Assembly: GCA_012295275.1 (NCBI GenBank) | Contig: CM022668.1 | Location: 16,554,001 to 16,618,000 of the forward strand | Source: Chrysomallon squamiferum | Lineage: Eukaryota; Animalia; Mollusca | Direction: 5' to 3' | DNA length: 64,000 bases | In this document: positions 44,474 to 59,662 of the stretch, in pieces | Numbering within the stretch: the first letter of the stretch is position 1 | How the letters are laid out: each line of letters starts with the position of its first letter | Notes under the pieces: generated by a model | What the model was told of the DNA's origin: nothing | Databases searched by the model: none | Seen by the model: the letters and a program-made list of their open reading frames with translations, nothing else | Position numbers and translations under genes: made by a program

Positions 44474-46560
44474 GCTGTAGTAGTTCTAGGAATTGTTGTC
44501 GGCGTTGCTGCCTATGACGTTGATGGCGTACACAGTAATTTATTCTGTGGTAGTAAAAGTCTGACACAGGACGTCATGGATGTCGCAGTGTTATTGATTT
44601 TCGCGAGAACGCGCATGTAAACAAAAGTGTTCTACACGTAAATAACACGACAGCTTCCCCGAGTGACAAGCAAACACACAGTCGAACACGTCGATGTCGC
44701 GACGACGTCCCTCAGTGTGAACATCAGCGTGGAGGCAAACAGCGGAGTCGGGTGTCAGAGTAAGAATGAAGAAAGCCGAGTTCCCGCCTCGCACACTGCG
44801 ATTCCAACAACACAAAAACAACAGCGATTTCTTCCCTATCAGAAAAACCAGTCGTCAATACAACGCTTTTCCTTCTCGTATTGTCATGGGAACCGCTGTC
44901 GCCATTATCTGTCTTCTGTTAGATACTTTTTATTTCAGACTGCACTTAATCAATTGATAACGTCAATGTTGCCGTCATTCATTCAGTCTCGGATACAGAG
45001 CCGATATACACCGTGTGTGAACTCGTGTTCTTTCGCCTCCGTTCGGTTCCTACGAAATCAGAGTCGCCTGGCAATCGGCACGCGCTGGATTGGAAGCAGC
45101 TAAGATGCTGTGACACACATGACAGCGATATCGAGCGCGAGTTTTGTGTGTTCGTCTTGGTGAATACCTTTAAAACCCATCTCGGCACTGTCGTGTGCGG
45201 TTAATGAGAACGTCGATGCAATGTCGTCACAACACACGTTTCAATTAAACAGACCACAACACCCGACGTTGTTAGCGCCGTGTTCAAAGCGACCAAATCC
45301 AATACTGATTGTACGTGAATTCTCAGGTGGAAAGAAGCAGCACAGCACTGATGTACCTGACTCGCAGATATCTGCATAAAACATCCAGCAAACACATCAG
45401 CAGAACAACAGCGACTCTCCATTCATTTGTGATCAGTTTCGTAGATCTTCACTCAAACGTAACTCAGCTCGTTTCAATTACAAATGGTTAGATTTTTTTT
45501 TCCTGTCCAAAAAAATTAAAAGTAAAAAAAAAAATAAAAGCTGAATAATTCTTCTCTTTCTATTGATAGAATTTCTTTTTAAAATGAATGTATAGCCAGA
45601 GTCAAAGTGATATCATTGATATTTAGATGTACGTAGTTAATAGGTGATGAATTCAGAAGAATTCGCGATCAATCGATCATCAATCATATCCGCGGGATGA
45701 ACTCGAGCGCTGCACGCACGTAACAGCACATCGAGATTGGCAGACGAAAACCCGGCACTGACCAAACGTTAACGGCTTGCTTTCCAGACCAGCAGTAAAT
45801 CACTGTAAATTTCCTGCCATCAATTTTGAACAGGGAATAACTTCTCAACTCCTTGAGAAAGCCAGAAAAAAAAAAATAGTGAAGAGGCGTTTGTACTCGG
45901 AGGAGAACATGTAGAAAAACGAAGCTGCTATATTTAGCAACACGAGCGCTGGAACACGGATTCAACCATAATGCATTGCCATTTCTTGTAATTAACTCAT
46001 GAAAAAGATTTCTTCTTCTTCCTCACAGAAACTGGGGATTATTCTCTTTGTTCTAGTATCTTAGACGCCGTCAGATACTGCCTTTACAAACATGCAAGGG
46101 AGTTTCCATAAATCAAACAGTAAAAATCCGTTTCAGACTGAAGAAGCAAGATTTTATCGATAAAATGATTTTTGATATAGGATCTGCAGAGTGGTGGAAA
46201 GGCGAAGGCGATTTGCTTGGCATATCGATTCAGGCCTCCTCATAAACAACATTCGACAATACATTGATGTGCCACAAAATTTGACAAAAGGTGCAAAGTA
46301 TTAAACGAGCCATTGGAATGTCTGTGTTGCACGGAACGGTGAACAAACTCTTCAAAAGCGCGGCCTGCCAGAGACGTTAAAGTAGCTAATTCGCTTACAC
46401 TCTTTCAGAAGAGCTTATCACAAATCACAATCGCAGAGATGCCCGCGTTTCCTAAGAAATAAATCTAATCACGAAAATAATTTTCCACCAATAAATACAA
46501 AGATTTCGCCCTCCGTTTCCCCGTTAAAGTATGTTTTTGTACAAACCACTGCCGGAAAAA
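44474..46560 (-). promoter_or_regulatory. Putative 5' UTR and promoter of the 44473-44379 exon
   Basis: Longest repeat-free, CpG-rich stretch in the window; no long ORF; X-box-like site at 44880-44893; several ATCGAT motifs. Confidence 0.4.
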
Positions 46561-48312
46561 TATATTAGTAACTGTGGCAATTTTTATACACGAATTTCAT
46601 TTAATGAATTCTCAGTATAATTTAAGATTTTTAAGAATATTTCAGTTTCAGAATTTTAAAGTCTTTCTTTTGATTTCTACTTTAACGTGTTTTGTTCAGA
46701 TCCCTGATCATAACAGATGTGTTTCTATTTTTAGTAAATGTAAACACATCACATCGTTGACAGAATGGTTTCAAGCCACGTTAAATCGTACATAAAAAGT
46801 GTTTTACTGTAAAGTACTAATCTGATTTGAATAAACCAGTTTCGAAATTTATACATAAGTTACTGTAGAGTTTCTAACATTGCCTTTATATTTCTATTTT
46901 TCTAAATTTTAAATTATATCGTTTCATTTCATTTTATATTTCATTTTATTTTCGTTTATTTGAATGTCACTGTAGTAATATATATCAATTTTTTTTATTG
47001 ATCATGAACTTTGTAAGTATACTATAAGATTAATTACATAATAACTGATGCCTTTTGATGTCTTTGATTCTCATGCTCTTCCCTTAAGCTACTCAGATCC
47101 TGATCTATTCTGTTTTGAACACATACTCTGGATTTCACAAACATCTAATTATTTAGAAATAAAACACAAAGATTTCAGTGTAATGTTTGTTTTATCGACA
47201 AATACATCACTAGTGTTATTAAACCAAGATTAATGTCCTTTTGTATTTTTCCTTTGAATAATCAATAGTTCATATAATAAATAAATACTGTAGAAAATTC
47301 AAAGATTACAACCAGACAGAAATACGTTATCTGTAATAATACTTGGAAATATTTTGAATAACGTAAATTATTTTCTCTTTAATAGTTGCAGTCGATAAAC
47401 ATGTCCTGCAACGTGCAAACAATGTTTATAGCACACAATCACGACAGCCGTAAGGTGGAAACGCTTTGTTTTCAGATTTACTGTTGTGTTATATTAAAGA
47501 CAAGCATAGTGATATAAAAACAATCATGATACTAGAAATTTCGTCATGGTGTGTTTGTTGTTTTTCTAACTGTATTATAAATAAAATACAGAAACGGTTG
47601 CAGTCCTGTTATTTAAAAAAAAAAAAAAAAAAACACAAACAAACAACTATAATAAAAAATAAAATAAAAAATAATTAAAAAAACCCTAGTGTATTTATGC
47701 TTAGACTGTGATTTTGTTTCGTTTGTTGCATCACGTGCAATGCGATAGCTCACGTTTCCCAGATTTATATAATAATAAAAAAAAAAATAATAATAATAAA
47801 AAAAAAAAAAAAAAAAAAAAATAATAATAATAATAATAATAATAACAACCAAATGTTAATGTAGCTGATCAGATATTTCTTGTGTTGCGTCACCTATAAA
47901 CGTAACACAATATAAACTTTGTTTTTAAATGTGTAAGCTATAAAACACTTTACGTCTGTTTGAGATTAAACCCTGTCGCATGAGACGAAATCACAGCAGT
48001 CATGAAATACTCATTTTATTTGTGTGTGTGTACATATATAAATATATATACATATTTAGATAGACACTGGTAAATAGACAAAAAGACAGACAGGCAGGTA
48101 AATAGATAGATAAAGAGGTAAGGCGAATGACAGACAAACATACACAGACTTAAATACATGGATACATACATAGTTACATACATTCACACAAAATTAACGT
48201 TTCTTCATTACTATAGGAAAACCAAAGGTACAGATTAGTATGTAATTAATTGAAATAAAAGAAAAGAAAAGAAAAGAAAAGAAACATTTGAAAAACGAAA
48301 ACAAAAGAACAT

Positions 48313-48508
<196 letters not shown>

Positions 48509-48836
48509 TTTAATACGGGATGTTTTGTCTGTGTTGTAAATTTATTGATACATGAATGTCACTCGGTGCAAAGGAAATGTTCAAGCTGTAACTTTTAATT
48601 AATTTCTTAGCGTTTTCAGATTATAAGTAGATTTAAACAGACTCTGTTAAACTTCACATAATATTTATTTTATTACAGTCTACTTGTTTACGTTGAAAGG
48701 AAGTTCAGTAAATTTGATATGAACTAAATTACTGGAATCCAGCCTACCGTAACCGTCATGATTGAAAACATTTTCCTTGTTAAATTATTTATAGTTTTAA
48801 TTCAAAGCTATTTATCTGAGTCCTATTGAAAAACAG

Positions 48837-48871
<35 letters not shown>

Positions 48872-48901
48872 CACCTAAATTTAATAATTATTTTCATTAT
48901 T

Positions 48902-48935
<34 letters not shown>

Positions 48936-49010
48936 GAATTTTGTTTAACTCTACAAATATGAATGGATTTTTAGTAGTAGTAGCAGTAGTATTTGTAATA
49001 ATAGTAGTAA

Positions 49011-49049
<39 letters not shown>

Positions 49050-49169
49050 TAGTAATAGTAGTAGTAGTAGTAACATAATAATATAAATAATAGTAGGTAG
49101 CATATTTAATACAAATTTAATTTATTCTATTAAGAGAGCACATTTACAAAAACAGTGAAACAGTTTTAA

Positions 49170-49208
<39 letters not shown>

Positions 49209-50658
49209 AATTTCAATTACTCTTAAAAACGTACACAAAGAGAAGATTCGAACACTAGCCTGGAAGCATCATGTCTTTATGACGTCACTTAATAACAATT
49301 GCTTTACGTAATATACATAAACAACGTCTGACAAAACCCATTTAAGGAAAAAAAGATGTATATATGTATTTATATTATTTTATCATTTATAACTTTATAA
49401 GTTTCTTTTGTTACAAACAGTAAGTAACAGATTTATTTATTTATTTATTTATTTATTACTCATTCAATCGTTCATTCTGTTATTGTTGTTGTTGTCACTG
49501 CCATTACGATATATATAAACAATTAATAAACAGAAAGACGAACAAACGAACGGAAAAACAAACAAATTATCGAACCAACAAACTAATTATAAAATATCTG
49601 TTTATGTTTATTATTTGTTTCCATGGTTATTATTTATTTATTTGTTTAGTTAATTGTTTATTTGGTACTTATTTATCTCTCTATCTGTTTATCCGTTTGT
49701 CTGTCTGTCTACCTGTTTATTTATTTATTTATTGACATTAATTATGGGTTCGTTTTTTGTTTTGTTTTTCACTTTTTTCTACCTCTATGCGTATATGATC
49801 TACAAAAAAAAAGGAAAAACTTTAGAAAAGAATAAATATGGTATATTCTGACGTTAATTAATTCCTCATTTCCTTTCGTGCTTTAAGTGCTGAGTTGCTG
49901 TCATTATTCTATCAGAATTAACTTTGATCTGAAAACTCGCTCGTTAGTACGTAATCATCTCTTTTTTCTTCTCTATTTTACACTCACGAGCTGGGTGCGT
50001 GGTACGTGTTAAATCACGTGACTGCAACACGACGACTTTTGCGATAAAACAAGTATTAATAATATAAAGAAAGACGATTTTAAAATAGAAAACTGCAGTG
50101 AGGTTAATATAAGGATTAATCTGTCTGTGATGTATATCTTATTATTGTAAAAATGCTTGTTAAATTATTTCTGTTAAAATAAGAATTGTTTTAATATTAT
50201 ATTGTATTTTATTTGATTGTATTATATTATATTATAGTATAGCATAATATAGTATAGGACAGTATAGTGTTGTGTAGTGTAGAGTAGTGAAGTATGGTTT
50301 AGTGTAGTGTAGTATAATACATCGTTATTTCGTTATAGCAGTGAGATCTATAGTTCATAATCTTCCTTGATGAAAATTTCTTAGCTTTGTCAGAAAAAAG
50401 ATTATATTATTATTTTCAAAAGGAGTTTAGATCAAGTTTTACTGATTTTGTCAAATAAAAAGCTTACATAATCATTCATGATTTTGTCAGATAAAGTTTA
50501 GATAAGTGATTCTGGACCATAGCAACTCTTGTCACACTCTCAAATCACTGAATATGTATATGTGTATGTATGTATGTGTGTGTGTGTGTGTGTGTATGTA
50601 TTTATGTTTGTGTGTATGTGTATGCATGTGTGTATGTGTGTATGTATGTATGTGTGTA

Positions 50659-50689
<31 letters not shown>

Positions 50690-51472
50690 ATGTATGTATG
50701 TATGTATGTATGTATGTATGTATGTGTGTATTACTGTATATACTTGCAACTACACTATATGCTTCGTTGTGCTTCGATCAGAGTATAAATGTTAACCTAG
50801 GGAACCCAACATTAATCTTTTTTTTTTTTTTTTTTCATTTCAAATAAAACTTGGATCGATATTCATGACCTTCCAACAGATTTCGGTTCATAAAGAAATT
50901 AAAAATTGAATAGAGTGCGTTAGCGCAAAAATCAATGATTTCAGAACTGTAGTGTATTGTTTTCTGTTTGGGTTATTTATTTTTCAAAAAAACTGTTGAA
51001 TGTTTACGTAATAAGTATATTGTATGAAACGCCTACAACTCTTGTTTCTGTAGTTTAATCCGTCTCAAACATATTTTGTTTTTCTTTTCATTTGTCTTTG
51101 AGTGTCGTGCATCGATTAGTTTTCTTTTATTTCACGTCTGCAGTAAACACAGTATTTGTTCACCTAATTTTTCACGGTTAATTTACAAAAAGAGATTTTC
51201 ATATCGATTAAAATTGTTTGTGTTCATTGGATCATAGAAAAACAACTCGTTGTTAGGCAGTGTTGTCAAGTTACATAAACATTTGTATGTCTGTCAGCGT
51301 GCTTCTGTCTGTGTACAGTCTGTGTGTGTGCGTGTGTGTGCGTGTGAGAGCGAGAGAGAGAGAGAGCGAGAGCGAGAGAACGTATGCATGTATCTTTGTG
51401 TTGCATATGTTATGTATATGTGCACTGCGTATCGAATGAAAGTGATATATATATATATATAGATAGATAGAT

Positions 51473-51503
<31 letters not shown>

Positions 51504-52977
51504 TAGATATATAGATAGATAGATAGATAGATTTATGTTTCTGTATGTCCATATGCGTATCTTTCTGTATAACTTTATATATCTACATATGTAATTGTAA
51601 TTGTATGCCTAGGTATATAATTATGTATTTATGTGCTATTTTATGAATCCGACTATTCGCTTATTCCTCTGTGTTTACGATTTATATCAGACTTTTAACA
51701 CGCATCTGTAAAATTGTGAATGCTATCGCACGTAACCATCTTCCAAGAAGAAAAAAAAAAAAAACTCATTGAAAAAAGGATGTTATTTTATTGTACTGAT
51801 TGAAACATGACGATTATTTAATTGTTCCCTCACCAAACTCCTTGTTAACACGTTAATTTAATTTTCATTGAATTTTTTTGTTCTTATTATTCTTCTTTTT
51901 ATGTTTGATTAACGGGTAAATATTTTATAAGTTGGTTAAAACTCTACACAATCTTCTCGTTGCCGACCTCGCGTTATTAAGTTTGTCTCTCACGGAACTC
52001 CGTCTGCTTCGCACTGAGCTAACAACTAATCACTTCGTCCGACCATCTGTCTGTAATTATGATATTCCGTCCGTCTGATTCTCCGAGAGTGTAACACTAG
52101 TGTAGCAATTCAAGACACACAGACGGGCGGTAATCACATTTGAGCGATATCTGTGTCTTCAGATTTTCATTTATTAAGCATTTGGTTGTAAAAGGAAATT
52201 TTCCATCAGCAAAAACACGTGATCGTGCGTGTAGATGAGATTATCTCTAAGTAGACGTTGATGTAATTCATATCATTATCGAGATAAAAAAAAAATGAAA
52301 GAATTAAAAACACCCATGCAATTTCTGTTTTTGTAAAAAATTAATTATGGAAGAAAGAAAGAGCGAGAAATGAAAACAAGAGATACAAATTAGAGAAAAA
52401 AGGAAAGAAGGAAAGAAGCAAGAGAGAGGAAGTGAGAAAAAGATATAAAAAAAAGAAAATGTCTTCTGTTCTCCTCTTTGTCTCTCTATCTGACTAAATA
52501 AATCAATCAAACCAAAGAGATCGATACTATTATAAGACTGTTCAATGAAATGTATTACTCACTTAACAACTATTTGTATAACGAACATACAGACCAGTTT
52601 TAACATTGATGATCATCAGATAGCTGACATATTTTATATTAAAAAACGAAGATAGGCAAACCGCGCTACAGCAGCAAGGAATGTCTGTTTATGTAAGCTT
52701 CACAAAGAAATGACATCATTAACACAGCACTTGAAACAGCAAACTGGAGACCTTGTTCAGCTGTAAAACAGATAACATTAGTAATGAAGCTGAATAGATC
52801 GTGCGCCCATCACTTCCCAACACTGCTTTCTACCATAGTAACTGAACACGGGTATGTAGAGAAAGGTGTTTGTGAAGTTATAAACAGAGAAACACGTGTA
52901 ATACCAATTATTATTTAACATAATGAAGAGTTTATTTCTTTCTGTAAACTTACGTCATCTGTATTGTTAATTGTCAT

Positions 52978-53016
<39 letters not shown>

Positions 53017-53701
53017 TTCATTTATATTTTTGCACCTGCAAATACTGTAAACTTTATTTTCGTGGTTATTTAACGCTGTTAAGTACTATGCAGTCTACAT
53101 CTAACGTCTCCATTTCTCTGTGTTTGAACTCGGTGCGGTTTTATCGACTGGTCGTATTTAAAATATTCTGGTGGCAAACAATCGTGGCAGTAATGTGAAA
53201 ACTAAGAAAACAGCATTTCTTCGATTCACAAGAATGCACCATCGAAACCACCATTTTCAAAATCAATGTTCTGTACTGCTGTTTGTACACGGACGGAAAT
53301 AGCATCTTTGAACAGCGTCTTAGTTCTGAACGCATCTACACGACGTTGGCACGACGTCTCAGACACTGCAAGTCTGACGTCGAGTTCATGTTGTATGCAC
53401 TCGCTAATGATTCGTGTATTATGTAAACTTCTAAACGACTGAAAAGTTTTTCAATACTGGCCACTGAGTGGATATACAGAGAAGTTTTCTCTTTTTCCGT
53501 TTGCCTTGAAAACCGAATCGTCCATTAATACACGTTAATTTACTTAGAGTTTGTTGGAGAATAGATTTGTTAATTCTTCACTTATCTGAAAACGATTTCA
53601 CTCTATTGACACGATTTTAAGTAGCATCATTGAGATACTTGAACTCATTAAATCTGAGATTAAGTTGTTTATATATAGATAGATAGATGATAGAGAGATA
53701 G

Positions 53702-53746
<45 letters not shown>

Positions 53747-53774
53747 TAGATAGATAGATAGATAGATAGACAGA

Positions 53775-53806
<32 letters not shown>

Positions 53807-54028
53807 TAGATAGATAGACAGATAGATAGATAGACAGATAGACAAGGAGATAGGGTGGGTAACTAGGTTTGTAAAATATAGATGATAAAGAGATGGACAG
53901 ATAACAAGCTGGTAGTTGAAGACTAAATAAGTATTAAGTGGTTTTAAAACTGAACAGTTTCAGTTAATTGTATATTTTATTTTACTGAATGTACACATTT
54001 ATTTATAAACTTATTATTATTATTATTT

Positions 54029-54095
<67 letters not shown>

Positions 54096-55856
54096 TTAAC
54101 AGGATTTTGATTTTCTTCCCCTGATATGAAATAGACCCGTCCTTCTGATATTCTGAATGAGTATATGAGGAGGGTTGAAATCGGTGCATCCTTAATACAT
54201 TAATTGTTTACTTCTTAGGCCTATTATACATTTTTAACAGAAAATTTATAAACTACAAGCAGCCAAGTGCATCAAGGTTAATGAACTGTGACGGCACAAA
54301 ACTGTTAGAAGAAAAAAAGGCTGATTCTGTATTATAAGTTTTTATACACACACAGTCACATGCACACATAAAAATACGTATGTACATATAATAAAATTCC
54401 AAAATCGATTTTTCTTATTATGTTTTAGAGATATTATTATTAGTTGTAGCTGAAGTTGTAGTAGTAGCAGTAGAAATTGCAGTAGTGGTAATAGTGGTAG
54501 TTGTAGTAGTAGTAGTGGTAGTTGTGGTAGTCATAGTAACAGTAGTAGTAGTGGTAGTACTAGTAGTTGCTGTGGTGGTGATAATAGTTGCAACAGTATT
54601 AGCAGTAGCAATAACAGTAACAGTAGTGATTGAAATGGAGCAGTAGCAGCTGTTGTTTTTCTGGTAAGAGCAATTTCTTTCAGTATAAACTGAAGTAAAG
54701 TTTATAAACCCAGAACTGAGAACGAGTGAATGAAGGAACGGATGTTAGTCCTATATTTTATTACTACACGGATATATCGCTGATTACTGGAGATAGCTAT
54801 TTGCCTGCCTGGACGATATCAACAGCTGTCTGTTAGCAAAGAGAGCTATTTTATAAAGAATAACACATACCATAAGCCCTTTACAGTCCAGTTCCGGAGC
54901 ACTAGTCAGAACTGGAAACAGTGGCTGTTTCCCACAGAAGTGGCCTGCAACTTGTCGTGTCTCTCTAGCGCTCTAACCAGTGATCTACAGAAGACAGCAC
55001 GTAAATGATAAGTTACGTAACTCTAATTTTTCAGTCGTAAACTTTTTTCTAAAGAAAGAAAATAATGTCGCGGTGTGGGCTAAGATCAATGAGAGTGACT
55101 CGTCTTTGTCTGAAGTCTTTAAACAGCCGTACATCATGTTCTGACTGCAACCAGCGCAAGACAGAGAACACAGCTTCACGTTAGTGACATTTTAAAACCG
55201 AAATCACCAACAGTGACCAACAATTAGTTTTATTGAGCTCGATGTCTGCAGAATTTGATTAGAGAAATTTAATTATCTTCTTTTGGATATATCTTAGTTA
55301 GAGCTAGCTTACTTGCTTGGTGAAGCTGTCTACAAGAATTAGGCTGTTTTTATGGATACGTTCGAAGGAGAGTGTTTGGAAGCCGGTCAATGCTGGAGTG
55401 AAGAAAAGCAAAACAAACGTACAATTTGTCTCTTATTTTTCTCACACTGGACGTCGATAATTTAGTTAATATCACAGAATGAGAGACGTCCTCTCTGATG
55501 GTCAGTGGGGAGAAGTGTCAATCACGAGTTCATTCATGCGCTTCAGCCCGCGACAGGAGAAGACTCGTGGCTATTTTCCTCAACGAGTTCGGAAAGGCGA
55601 AGTCTCTAACGGAATAAAACCAAGAACTGTCCTGTCACACAGATCTCACAAGCACTCTCTAATTAGCGAACTAAATTAATAAACAGCTCTGTTCCATTAT
55701 TGAAGCTGAAATTTATTATCTTCCGACATGTTAGATGTGACATCCATTCTGTGTTGTAGTTGGAGATGTGTGTGCGCAGAATAATCGTGTTCGCTGCTGA
55801 ACGTGACATCTCTGCAGTTCACGTGTAGTTTCAAACAGAACGATGATTATCATGAT

Positions 55857-56058
<202 letters not shown>

Positions 56059-56899
56059 TTTTATTAATGATATTGCGTCTCACGTGTGGCAGTCCTCGTA
56101 TGTATGTCTGTGTGTGGACGCGTGTGTGTGTATATGTATGTATGTATGTCTGTGTGTGGACGCGTGTGTGTGTATGTATGTATGTGTGTGTGTGTGTGGA
56201 CGCGTGTGTGTGTATATGTATGTATGTATGTCTGTGTGTGGGTGCGTGTGTGTGTGTGAATGTATGTATGTATGTCTGTGTGTGTGTGTATTTCTGTATG
56301 TATCTATATATGTCAGAGACACAGACACATAGATGGATGGATGTAAGAATGTGTATGTGTGTATGTGTGTGTGTATGTGTGCGAGTCTGTGACACTTCTT
56401 TCCTGCTTTGTGTGTGATGTGAATGTAAATAAATATGTTTGTGTCAGTTTGAGATGAAAAATACATAATAAACAAAAAATAATAAGACATTTTCAGAATA
56501 TCAGATCAGTTAGCCTTTATCTTGAACAAACAGACTAAAACACAATCAATAAAGTAAAAGCGGTTAACTTCAACAGATTTGGGTGACGTGATAAAAGGGA
56601 CACTTGAGATAAACAGTTACGTAAATACCAGTTACCAAATACGCGATTATCGCCATTTCCGATAATTGTGAGTGAGCGATAATCGCGTTAGTTTAAACAT
56701 TTTCTCTCACGTAATTAAAACCTGGGTTGCTACGTTGTGATAATGACGTTGTTGACGTTTCCTTGTGATAATGACGTTGTTGACGTTTCGTAATGAAATT
56801 ACGTTATCCATTTTATCATCTTAGTAAACATGTTTACATTCATGATTCTGAATAAACATGTTTTAAAATTAAAACTCATATAAACAGATTATCAGAGTA

Positions 56900-57420
56900 A
56901 TAATATTACTTAATGTTACCTGATGTTATTGAGAAAAGTTATTACCTAAAATCTGCTAACACTGCTTGATAATAACAGTTATCACATAACATTACTTGAT
57001 AATAAATTGGACCAGCTAATATTGTGTGATAATAAATGTTATTACCTATATTACTTGCTAATAAATGTGTAATGTAATATTACTTCCTAATAATTATTAC
57101 CTAGTATTTTTTTATCAATAACAAATATCACCTAATTAATATTACTTGCTAATAATAATTGTTACTTAATATTACACGATTAACTCTATTACTTATATTA
57201 CTTGATACTAAAAACATTACCTAGTACTATATGCTAATGTTTTCTTGTTAATAAAAATATCACCAAAATTACTTGCTTACAAAATAAATAAAATACTACT
57301 TGCTAATAATAATTATTACATAATATTTTCTTAGCAATAAAAATTATCAACCAAAATTATCTTCTTATAAAAATGGTAACTTAATATTGCCTACGAATAA
57401 TAATTATTATCTAATATTAC
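56900..57420. repeat. Degenerate ~30-bp tandem repeat
   Basis: Recurring TAATATTACTTGCTAATAATAATTATTACC. Confidence 0.65.
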
Positions 57421-57546
57421 TGAGTATAGAAGTTAATTAATTAATACTGTTATTGAATTCTAACCAGAGGGCGTTCACGAAATGTCTGAGGCTAAAAGAC
57501 GCTGGTGTGTGTAAGTTTCAGACTATCTGGGTCAGTTCAACAAAAC

Positions 57547-57650
57547 CTATTTCTCGTCTTGTACCGCCATGTTGAGATTTCCGCTAAACGCGAGAACACG
57601 ACTTCATACTCATACAGAAGGTGTTGTTGTCGGGGCAGATAATCAGACAT
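57547..57650 (-). CDS. Weak candidate first coding exon (MSDYLPRQQHLLYEYEVVFSRLAEISTWRYKTRN + 2 nt, phase 2)
   Basis: ATG at 57650 in CpG-rich island 57460-58040; open to AG|GTTTTG, which is a weak donor. Confidence 0.2.
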
Positions 57651-59591
57651 TTATTGCCAGCATTGTAGTTCCTCGTCCTCGACGTACTTCAGTCAGAATG
57701 TCGTCAAATAGACATTGTCCACGCCGTTTTAATCTCGGACGTCGTGGTAGTGAAGTAAGATGTAACCACGTTATTGGTCTGTCGCTTCACTTCAGTACAC
57801 AGCTGAAGATTTCGGTAAACGAATTGTTGCCTACTCTTGTTAGCATGACAGTAATTTCACAAAGTCCTCTCAGTCCTCTCAGTCCTCTTAGTCCGTTCAG
57901 TCTTGTCAGTGTTCTCGGTCCTTTCCGCTTCCAGCTTATCCTGCTGCCAATACGTTCAGTGAAATACGTTCAGTGAAATACGTTCAAAGAAATACGAGAA
58001 GAAATACGCAACTGATACACTATTTATTTATGAGGACCGGTAACTGTTATTGCCTAATCCAAATCAATACTGCAACAAATTGATTAATACTGAAATGTAC
58101 TTCTCGTGTCTGGCGCTAGATTAGAACTAATGTGCCTAAACCTCTGATCTTTCTGAATCGAAAAAAAAAATAATAATAATAATAAAAAAAAAAAAAAAAA
58201 CATTTGTCATTAGTCTATGAATGATGATGCTGTTTTCAGTTTGTTATTTCTGATGCACTATAATTACAGATGGGTATGAAAAACTATCTACTTCTAAAGT
58301 TATCTGAAAAATTACTGTATTCGGAGGTTTAGCCTATAACAAACGAGTTTGAAGATTTTTCTGTAAAATTATGCCATATAATTACATCTAACCATACCAG
58401 TACTAGGGGGTATTTGCTTTTGTTTTGTTGTTGTTGCAGCTGCTACTTCTTTTGCCGTTGCTGTTGTTGTTGTTACAGAAAGAAAATGGGAACAAGGCGC
58501 TGTCAGTAACAGTAAAAAAATAAGGACCGACATATTTGATTTCCACTGCAAACAGCAGTTTCTAATATCGGTTCATTTCATCTTAAAGACACCAGTACGA
58601 GTGACGCTAAAATAGTTTTAAAAATCTGGCCGGAATCTCAAATAAAAATCGCATTCTTAAAATCGCGTTTTATGTGAGGTCATTTTTTTGTTTTCTCTGA
58701 TAAGTACACAGTTTTTACATCTGTGTAGATTAGATTTTCATCTGTGTTGTATAAGAGTTTATTGATCTAGGGACACACTGAACATACTGGAAGTTTGAAA
58801 AGAGATAATTCAGACGATATGTTTAAGACGGAATCAATTACTATTATTTGTCTGTTGTCACGAAGTGCAAAACGGCTTTGATAAATCTCTATTATTATTA
58901 ATTTGTTTACTGAATAATGCATGAACGATCATGCGGAGTACAACGATTGTTTCTGGATGACTGAGTAATTAGGACATTAGTCAACAAGGTTGTGGGTTGA
59001 AGACAGGCTACGACAGGATTTTGAAAGAGAGGTTCTTACATCGCAAACCAGTACAGGCGCCTACACGTCACTGACTGCAGTGTAAGACTGCTCTGTACTT
59101 TCCTTCCTCAGTAACTAAAACTTCCACAGACTAATGTCAACATTAGACTGGATAATCACTCACTGCTGTTTCTGGATAGAATATTCCCCGAAAAGCATGC
59201 TTTAGCATAACTTGCACCAGCAGTGTCCCCTTCTTGTCTCTCGTCACAAATCTGACCTCTAACAAGAAACGTGAACGGCCAGTTTGGAACTACGACCAGC
59301 TCCTGCCACACCGCTAATACAGTTTTATTGTAGACTTAAACATTTCTTTCACCAATTTCAACGCTCAAGATTAGTTTCGCCTTGAAGAGTTGACGGCGTA
59401 ATCCCTAATAAGGCGCAGAATGTTACATTGGTCTGAAAAATCGATGTACGTAGTAGGACAAACGAAATTAAAAGCAAGAATGAGTGTTTCTCAAACTCAG
59501 TACATATTTTCGTCATTATAAAAGAGGAAAATTGTCCGTGATTGTGCGACTGGTCAATCGGTCGGCGAAATGGACTTGGGTGTTCACTTAC

Positions 59592-59662
59592 GGCAAAGCT
59601 CTCAATTTTTCTCGTTTGTGTAATGTAAAATAAATGAAGTGGTCAGCTCTTTGTGTGTACAT
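59592..59662 (-). CDS. Candidate first coding exon (MYTQRADHFIYFTLHKREKLRAL + 2 nt, phase 2)
   Basis: ATG at 59662 open to a CC|GTAAGT donor at 59591, within a unique CpG-containing island (59520-60110). Confidence 0.35.

Noticed and set aside
44663-45103. 146-aa plus-strand ORF
   Set aside because: Non-ATG start and no recognisable domain; better explained as the antisense of a GC-rich 5' UTR.
57569-57976. 135-aa plus-strand ORF
   Set aside because: No recognisable homology; partly built from 9-bp micro-repeats (SPLSPL).
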